Assembly: GCF_006345805.1 (NCBI RefSeq)
Contig: NC_043006.1
Span: 61,194,001 to 61,258,000 of the forward strand
Direction: 5' to 3'
From: Octopus sinensis
Lineage: Eukaryota
DNA: 64,000 bases
Part shown: positions 55,247 to 64,000 of the stretch, piece after piece
Position numbering within the stretch: the first letter of the stretch is position 1
Layout: each line of letters begins with the position of its first letter
Made by a program: the position numbers and the translations under genes
Notes under the pieces: model-generated
The model's database searches: none
What the model was told of the DNA's origin: nothing
What the model saw: the letters and a program-made list of their open reading frames with translations, nothing else

Positions 55247-58040
55247 GTGTGTGTGTGTGTGTGTGGTGTGTGTGTGTATGTGTGTGTGTGTGTGTGTGTG
55301 TATTTGTGTATGGGTGTGCTTATGTATGCATATATGTATCTATCTATATATATACACATACACACACACATATATAACACGCACAAGTACACGCACACAA
55401 ACACACACACTCTCTCACACATATATATTCAAAATCTTTATTGCCTGAAGAATGTCGCAATCCATGGTACTCTTTCTTAGCAGCTATGACGTGAATCAGT
55501 AATGCTTAACGAATAAAGAAAATGATGTGTGTCTGCTTATTTTCATACGTGTGGAGAATAGCCATAAAACACGTTCGTGCGTAAGAAATGAAATTTATGT
55601 ATCCCCAAAAATTCGTAACTTAATGAACGAAAATAATAATCCTATTGAATTATGCCGAACATCGTGTAGTTGACATCGATAAATATTTGATGAAACCACG
55701 CAATGAAGTGTTTAACAGATGAGCTCTATATTCTTTTGAGGGGTTAATAATGGCAACATATCGGCCGTTTTTCAGCTAATAAAACTGAAATCTTGTCCAT
55801 ATGTTTTCTATAAATTCATGTTCAGGAGATGTGTTACCATCTTAGATGGTAACTCTCCAATGAGTTACGATAACCATCGTTTTTCTGTAATGCGCAATTT
55901 ATTATAGAGTTTTGCAGTTTCTCATATGCTTTTAATTTTCATATTTTTGAAATTATTGAATGTCGTTCGCCTGATATAATTCGAATGCCGTGGGCTCATG
56001 TAATATATCTTACTGTATCCATTTATTTTGCATGAATACAAACATAAACGCACACATATACACATGCTTAATGACGCAGAAGAATTTCATCTCCATCAAA
56101 ATCATAGTCTTTAAATTGTTACTTATGAAGAAAAAATTGATGGATCATATTAATCTAATCTAATACAGAATAGTATATTATATCTTTCAGCATTCCGTAA
56201 TTCATATATATTGAAGCCAGACAAGTATTTGTAGAAACATACGCATTCATGTGTTATATTGTAGGTTGTTACGGTAGCAATTCTTATTCTATCTCTCTGC
56301 AGATTAAGCTTATCGCTGCCTTCATTTCGGAATACACATTTCAATTTTAAATATCATCATTCCCCTGATGTGATTGCAGAGAAATGCACAATCCTTGAAC
56401 GAAATACTCGATTGTTTGTTGAAATATGACCTTAATTGTTTAGTTTTAAAAATTAATAATTACTTTCAAATTGATGTCTATCTCAAAACAGAAAGAACGT
56501 GAAGTGAATGTTTTTTTTTATTTATTGAAAATAGCAAAGCTTATTATCATATCATGCGATATGGGTATATTTCAATATAATTAAAGCATTGTAAACATTC
56601 AAAAATATTCGCCTAGTCATATATCCAAGACAATGAGAAAGAGGTGAAACTATACAATTCTTAATTAGGAGAGCTGTAATTAAATGACAATGCCGGAGAG
56701 ATACACAGGCATACATATCCCTTCCACTAATTAGCGTGTGTGTGAAAATTAATATTAGAGTGATATTTCCTTGCGCCTTCATTGCGTATATTTTGATAAA
56801 GTATTGGTTTCTACAATTTGAAAAATTAAACTAAGAGCGATGGCTTTCGAATTGTTTAAAACAAAATATATGTTGCAAAATATTTCAAGCAATTTCAGAA
56901 GAACAAAGCGAAAACTGTTTGACCACACGAATCTCTCACAGGAACTCACTGAAATATTTTTGTTTTTTAAATTAGTATCATAGCAATTGCGAAAGTATTA
57001 CACCAATACCTTTGTTAAAATAAATAATTACGTGAGATATTACGAAAATAACATGAGATATTACAATTAAATAATCGGTGATTAACGCTATAACCCTTAA
57101 ATGTTTGCAGTTAATTTTGAATATGATAGAAGCTTGATATCTGTGAGGTTATAAGAATGGAGTATACCCATTGCAAGATGCTGATATGTGTGTACAGAAG
57201 TTAAAATATTCTACACATAATTACAGTATTATTATAAAATTACACAAATTTAGAATAACGGTAATAAAAGGCAAAATCGATATGTAAAACAGTAGACATT
57301 AGAGTACAAAAAGGATTTTTAAACATTTTAAACGCAGAGTTTCCGGATGAAGTTCACAAAACATTATTCTGAAAAGCCATTGTAAACCTTAGAATTTAAT
57401 TATCGCCTATTCTGTCAATTTTTTAACGTGAGATTAAAATATGTCTGTTTATTTGAGTATATATTTTTGTGAGATCATCTATGTTTGATATATGTGTTTG
57501 CAATTAGCTATATTTAAGTGTATATTTAAAGGAGGCATGCTGGCAGAGCCGTTAGCAAACCATATAATATAATGAGTGCATTTCGTACGGGTTTACTTTT
57601 TGACTTCAAATTCTACCAAGTTCGACTCTACCTTTCATCCTTTAGCACCGGAGACGTTGTAATTGACTATCATCCATCCCCCAGAAAACCATTCATGGCT
57701 ATTTACCGATAACAGGAAGAAATACTCCACTGTAACTTGCAAATGTTACCTTAGTTCCTTGGACACACATTGGCAATTACCTGGCGAGACGCAGCTTACC
57801 TGTACTTGTATAAAACTATCTTCTGCCTATGTTAGCTATGGGAGCAATAGCGTTTGTACTGCGTCTGTTGCCTACATTAAGGTTATTTGTAATAAAATCT
57901 ATAATATTTATAGTGCACATGAAAGGATGCGATAATAATTATGTTAAATTCCAGGCAACATTGGAATCAGAAATGTAAATTATATGAGGTATTTTCTATA
58001 ATCTATTTTGTTTCCTATCTATGCCAATAAGAACATATTC

Positions 58041-58227
58041 AATATCCTTTTCTACTCTAGGGACAAGGCTCGAAATTTTTTGGTGGGCACTCGATTAGAT
58101 CGACCCCGGTACGCAACTGGTACTTAATTTATTTACCCCGTAATTTGAATTCAGAACGTAAAGACGGACGAAATACCGCTAAGCATTTCGTCCGGCGTGC
58201 TAACGTTTCTGCCAGTTTGCCGCCTTC
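58041..58227 (-). mobile_element. tRNA-derived SINE with TSD
   Basis: Minus head AAGGCGGCAAACTGGCAGAAACGTTAGCACGCCGG..GTTCTGAATTCAAATT; TSD AACATATTC at 58032-58040 and 58228-58236; older relative at about 57530-57690 (+). Confidence 0.75.
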
Positions 58228-59010
58228 AACATATTCGAAAGAAGTAGATCTGTAACCAGCTGAAAAAAGAACTTCAGCCCTAAAAACACATAGGGATTTC
58301 GTTTCTATTAGTTTAAAATCATTGTTTAATTTGCTATATTGGCAGAATTTAGCACTTACTTTTTTTTTAATATTTCTTCCTATAATCTGGTATCTGTGTG
58401 GATCGTTCTAGGTAATTGTCCTGCATCGACATTTTTATTCGCCTGTTTATCTCAATGTAAATGTATAGCGATCGATGAAGTGGAAATTTCCTTTGTTCAC
58501 GCTCTCTCTGTGCGGCTGGAAATTGTTAATAATACCGAAATCCCCCCTAGGCGGCATTTCATATCGATGTGCATTTTCAGCTTTGTAGATGAAAGTAGCT
58601 ATGTTTATTCAGTTTTTCATTGTATAATTTTAGATACTCACCATGCATGCCACTTATATTTCTATTTTTCTGGAATGATGCATATATGACTCTTGCAAAT
58701 TTATTTACATTCTGGTGAAGAACTTTGTTTTAATTACTCCTGATCTCTCTTGCTGATTTTATCCGCCTTATCATACTTTCTGCTGTACTCATTATTATAT
58801 TGATATTATCTTCTTCATTTCATATATTCAGTTAACGTGTTTCCTTTCAAATTCCAATTTCGGGTCGGTACAATTCTTGCTTAAAACTCAAATTATTGTA
58901 TATATTTCTTTGATGCAAAAAGAAAAGAGGGTTAATAAATTTATCTTTATCCATTTCGCTATTTCGCTACCTTACGGCATATGTTACCTCAACGACAGAA
59001 AAGTAATATA

Positions 59011-61095
59011 CAGGCATACCTTACCTTACGTCGTTAATTGATTCTTAAATCGAATTAACTGGTCTCTAGGCTAGGCTTGGCCAAATTTACTTGTCTCTAA
59101 GCTAAACCGATAATAACCGTTCCCATTTCTGTACCATATTTACTAATGCATTTTCAATAATACATGGTTAATAAAAACCTATTTTAAAGCTTACAATCAA
59201 ATAATTTTTATTTTTTAATACAGTACAGTGAAAAAAATTAATCTAAATTTACGAATGCAATTTACGAATAGGCATTGGCGTACCGTCGGCGGTTTGCAAT
59301 AAGTCAGGGGCCTTTTCTATGCTTAAAAAACAAATTCAGTAATTATTATTGTTTTGCAGTAATAAAAAATGTAAATCATTTTAAATTTACCAATGTGTAC
59401 ATACAATTTGGTGGTTTAGATCGCGGATGTATATGGCTGTGGATCGTCAACATCAAAGTGATTGTAATTACTTTTGTTGTTCGATGCGCCTAAAATACTA
59501 GTTGAGGGTTCCTTGAAATGTGTTCTTCTTTTCCACAAGGATTACATTATAAGGAGCGAAAGCATCATGACAAGCACCCATAATCTTGCAAAAGCTTTGA
59601 GCATTTGGATCCATATCCTCGAATATAAAATGTCCTTTTTCGATATATGCAAGTGCTTGCTGCATTTTCTTAATGGGGAAGTGACGCGGCTCAGGTTCGC
59701 CTTCACTTCATCTTTATATTGCACCTCGTGAAATCCTCCCCCTACAAATCTAATTCCAGTACTTTGCACGCAGTCGCCAACGTTTTGTTGATTGTAACAT
59801 TATCAAACTCCTTAAAATCATTTACGAATTGCGGGTAAAGCTTCTTCCATACACCATTCATAACCGTGCTATATACATCATTCCATGCTGCTGCTATGTT
59901 CTGTACAGCTTTGTAGGTATCGTATCTCTTCCGAAGGTCTTGAAGTGTGATAGACTCATCAAAATCAGTTGCAGTTATTGTTTGAAGGTAGCAATAATTT
60001 CCTGATCCATTGACAGCAGAAAAGACGTGGTGGTCGGAGGGAGGTATCTGACGGTAACGTTGGGATTAAAATCTACAGTGTTTTGCGGGTGACCAGGAGC
60101 ATTTTCTGACATAAGTAAAACCTTAAAAGGAATCCCTTTTTCCTTACAGTACTTCTCTGCTACTAGGATAAAATGATTGAAGAACCAATCTTCAAAAACA
60201 ACAACAGTAACCCATACTTTTGAATTAGCCGTCCATATAACAGGGAGAGATGTCTTGGGAATGTTCTTCAGTTATGACTTTAACTTAAAAATCTTCTGCA
60301 CAATTACCACCAAACTTAATGAATGAACAGTCTGGCAATTTTTTCCAATAAAATCCAGTTTCTTCTACGTTAAAAATCTGTTCGGGAAGACACCCGTTTT
60401 CTTCAATGACTCTATTTAATGCATTAGGAAATCCCGCTCCTGCTTGTTCGTCAGCTATTGTACTTTCACCATGCTTTTCAATGGAGTGATAACTTCTTCG
60501 CTCCGTAAATCGCATTAACTTTCCCTGACTTGCCGTGAAATATATATCTTTCTAATCAGGATATTTTTCTTCAGGTCCTGAAACAAATACAACGCTTTCT
60601 CATGAATGAATTCTTGACAAATTGTAGCACGCTGACAATTCAATCTAAGAATGCAAAGAGAAGGCTTACCATTTCTTCAAAGAAAGTAGCCGATAAAAAG
60701 ACGTAAACAAATCTGAATTCAAAACAATCGCTTGAATCACGAGTGACAACGGCACCTAACGATAGATATTCGAACTCCGAAAGACCGATAAATAAGACAA
60801 CACAACTGATTTCATGATTTCGTTCACTAAGCTACACTACTTTATGGTGTGTGTCTTAACATTTACTTAACGTATTTTAATATTATTTTATATGCTTTTA
60901 TTCTTATTTATTGTACAGTAACGTGATTTTATGTGTTTTTCAGGGGTTTCTAGTGATTTTACAATTCCAATATTTGTGGCGAATAGACGTAAAGTCGAGT
61001 AAAATGACTTAACTTGATTTTTATTCTTCTATATAATATTTTTGAAAGCCGACGTATAATCGAGAACGACTTAAATCGAAGCTTAGGTATGCCTG
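59011..61095 (-). mobile_element. Tigger/pogo DNA transposon, degraded
   Basis: TIR CAGGCATACCT at both ends with TA flanks; minus-strand PEQIFNVEETGFYWKKLP, LPVIWTANSKVWVT..FEDWF, KVLLMSENAPGHP, LPPTTTS..MDQEII. Confidence 0.9.
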
Positions 61096-61315
61096 TATTT
61101 ATTAACCTCAGTCATTTCATTGTCATGCATTAAATATATTGCAAACATCATTTACTCTCGTATTTCAACAAGTCTTCCATTATATCAGGCTGGGTTTGAA
61201 CATAAGATTGTTGATAAATATACTACACCAATCCCCTCACTTGAAAACGCGTGGGTGCACTCACACACAAACATACATATACACATAGACACACAGATAT
61301 ATTTTTTCTACATCA

Positions 61316-61480
61316 GGAGCAGGCGTGGCTGTGTGGCAAGAAGCTTACTTCTAAACCACATATTCATGGGTTCAGTCCCACTGTGTGGAATCTTGAGAAA
61401 GTGTCTTCACCTGTTATATTGGGTCAACAAAATCCCTGTGTGTGGATGTGGTAGACAGAAACTTCACGGAATCCAAGGTT
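61316..61480 (+). mobile_element. SINE fragment
   Basis: GGAGCAGGCGTGGCTGTGTGGCAAGAAGCTTACTTC..GGGTTCAGTCCCACTGTGTGG; relative at about 10812-10920. Confidence 0.65.
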
Positions 61481-61494
61481 TATATCTATATTGA

Positions 61495-61780
61495 TGCTAG
61501 ATCACGATTTGTGAAACAAAGGAGAGCTAAACATAAAAATATAGCGACAAAATAGATAGCACTGATCTAAGTAAGCTAATTTGGTCGCTGAAAGATATCA
61601 AGAAACTCCTTTCAATATACTGAGATGTTACTAGTAGAGCTAAACTATATAGAATTAGTGGTAGGATCTGCAACCTAGGCGTAGAGGAAATGTATCAAAT
61701 ACTCACTTCAAAATTTAATCTAATAAACACAAAGCAGGAACGGGCATTAGATGCCTTCACGCAAGAAGATATATATTAAA
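61495..61780 (+). mobile_element. PLE endonuclease C-terminal remnant (different family)
   Basis: STDLSKLIWSLKD..RAKLYRISGRICNLGVEEMYQIL..LINTKQE resembles the STxLSKxIWxLK..CxLCxxEKxxIL..LNxRxE motif. Confidence 0.6.
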
Positions 61781-61794
61781 TAAACACATACCAC

Positions 61795-61884
<90 letters not shown>

Positions 61885-61886
<2 letters not shown>

Positions 61887-61957
61887 AGACGGGTAGTCAT
61901 GATGGGTATATGGGCTTCGTATGTGTCACTTTGATGGCATGAACTGCTCTCTCACTC

Positions 61958-62003
<46 letters not shown>

Positions 62004-62480
62004 CCCTGGGGAAGTACTAGGCAGTGGCTTTCATGCCTTCTGATATTATTTGATTGGAAGCATTATTATGTATATTACTTTGTCTTGGTATAAATGTTGG
62101 AATAAAGCAAATATTCGGCTTAATACCACTGATTTGCTTCTCATTTGTTTGCCTTAACCAGATGAGCATGTCCCTTAATGGATGACGATATGTGCATGAG
62201 CATCATAGCCATGTATTCAGAAGAATTCTTTGCAGTTTGGTAAATTCACCTTTGGAAAAATAACCCTTAAATAACCCATATTCAGGGACCTTTTGAGCGG
62301 GAAAATTTTACCTGAGACCCACCAGCAGGATCATGCCCTGTTTATCTTGATGTCACGTACATATGGTTGTGATGCATATGCATGGTATACCCTTATCAGG
62401 CGGGTAGTTATGATGGGTATAATGGGCTTCCTATATTTTACCCCAGTGACACTTTGATGGCATGCACTGCTCTCTCACTA
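61885..62480. repeat. Repeat with two direct copies of a terminal segment, each followed by a trinucleotide microsatellite
   Basis: CGGGTAGT.ATGATGGGTATA..CACTTTGATGGCATG.ACTGCTCTCTCACT at about 61890-61957 and 62401-62479. Confidence 0.7.
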
Positions 62481-62485
62481 AGTAA

Positions 62486-62528
62486 CAAGAAGAAGAAGAA
62501 GAAGAAGTAGTAGTAGTAGTAGTAGTAG

Positions 62529-62560
<32 letters not shown>

Positions 62561-62756
62561 GTTGTAGTAGTAGTAGTAGAAGAAGAAGAAGAAGTAGTTG
62601 TAGTAGTAGAAGAAGAAGAAGTAGAAGAAGTAGTTGTAGTAGTAGAAGAAGAAGAGGAAGTAGTTGTAGTAGTAGTAGAAGAAGAAGAAGTAGTTGTAGT
62701 AGTAGTAAAAGAAGAAGAAGAGAAGAAGAAGTAGAAGAAGAAGAAGAAGAAGAAGA
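62486..62756. repeat. Compound (GAA)n/(GTA)n microsatellite
   Basis: Direct sequence; alternating blocks. Confidence 0.95.
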
Positions 62757-62814
62757 TTTGAGAAACCAAGAACCAAAATAATAGATCAGTTAATAGAATA
62801 ACTACAATAATATT

Positions 62815-63242
62815 GGGATCTTTTCGGTTTGAACGGCAGTTTTTTTCTAGCGGTGTCATATGAAATTGTCACCCATAATTATGACCCTAGCATCAATCTA
62901 TTGCATTTCAATCTGTTTTAGAGTTAGGGTTAGTTAGGGGTGGGGGGAAGGGTATCTTTTTTTCTTCACAAATGTAAATAAATCCAATCTGTTTCTTAAA
63001 CGAGGGAATATTCATACGGCACAGAATGTCTTTTTACCTCAACAGACGTCGTCAGTGATTGGTTGAAATTGCAGAAATTGAAGAAAAAGAAACAACAAAT
63101 ATCTTACAAACTATAGAATTTTCTCAATAAAGCCAAGAGAAAAAGATGTTTTATAAACACATTCTACCAGTATACGAAGTTTAAAATTTTTTAGTTACCT
63201 AGAAATTATGTTAAAAACTGCCGTTCAAACCGAAAAGATCCC
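62815..63242. mobile_element. MITE, 428 bp, 30-bp perfect TIRs
   Basis: GGGATCTTTTCGGTTTGAACGGCAGTTTTT / AAAAACTGCCGTTCAAACCGAAAAGATCCC, flanked on both sides by AATATT; internal GTTAGGGTTAGTTAGGGG. Confidence 0.9.
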
Positions 63243-63286
63243 AATATTGCACTCTTTGCAACGGGTGGAACAATAAACTGTTAGAA

Positions 63287-63768
63287 TCTCTCTCTATATA
63301 AATGGCAGTTTGTCTGTCTGTGTGTCTGTGTGTCCATCAGGTTGTACCCTTACCCTGACCACGGCTTTCAACCGATTCTGATGAAACTTGAAACTTGTGA
63401 GGGTACAATTTGCTGCCCAATGTCATAATTCAAAACTAACGCAGCGAATATTTAGAAAAGTTCCCCCAGTTCTGAAAATTTTTTATAAATTCGACATGGG
63501 GTCAAGAATCTAAGCTTTTTATTTGCAACACATTTTCTGTTGTAGTTTTCGCAACTTGCAATCGATTTTGACCAAACTCATGGTGAAGCTTAATGTTACC
63601 CTAAGAAACTTAATTCTGACATTTTGGGAAATCGCGTTCAAATTCAAGATGACATATTTTCGACAATATCTTTCACAAATTGTCAGGAATTTTTTTAAAT
63701 TCACAGCGAGCATCATGTCTGCTCCAGGGGCTCTTACATACCCGGGAAAATCCGGGCTATGCTGCTAG
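63287..63768 (+). mobile_element. Non-autonomous Helitron, about 480 bp
   Basis: A|TCTCTCTCTATATAAA 5' end; 3' hairpin CCCGGGAAAATCCGGG then TATGCTG-CTAG|T. Confidence 0.8.
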
Positions 63769-64000
63769 TTAATAATAAATCTACATAAACATTTAAACCA
63801 ATATTGACCTACTTTCAGGACCATGTTTCGCTTCACCTACAACGATAGTAGAGGTGAACCGTGGGTCAATATTCCTACGGCTAGTAATAGTAGCAGCCCT
63901 ACTTCCCACTGAACACCAAGAAACAGACACTTTATCCAGTTTATTGATCCCTTCAGTTTACTTCGAAACTGTCTAGCGTGGAGAACCTTCATGAAATCGC

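Overview
AT-rich, microsatellite-dense eukaryotic intergenic or intronic DNA. The SINE and repeat make-up resembles an octopus-type cephalopod genome; this is an inference from recalled repeat families, not a search result. No intact host protein-coding gene can be supported, and almost all listed ORFs are microsatellite or transposon artefacts. The window holds decayed Penelope-like elements (PLE; RT plus GIY-YIG), CR1- and RTE-type LINE remnants, many SINEs, mariner and Tigger/pogo transposons, Helitrons, MITEs and a 4.8-kb 15-bp satellite. The most notable signal is a hammerhead-ribozyme (HHR) system. A 2.5-copy, 362-bp tandem retrozyme-like insertion (50081-51000, 13-bp TSD) carries well-formed type I HHRs whose core reads UUGAAAA, a compensated U3:A8 variant of CUGANGA. 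The same variant core recurs at the 3' ends of the PLE family in this window and in a solo motif. Also notable are the codon-phased variation in the satellite and a SINE with a perfect 91-bp fold-back.
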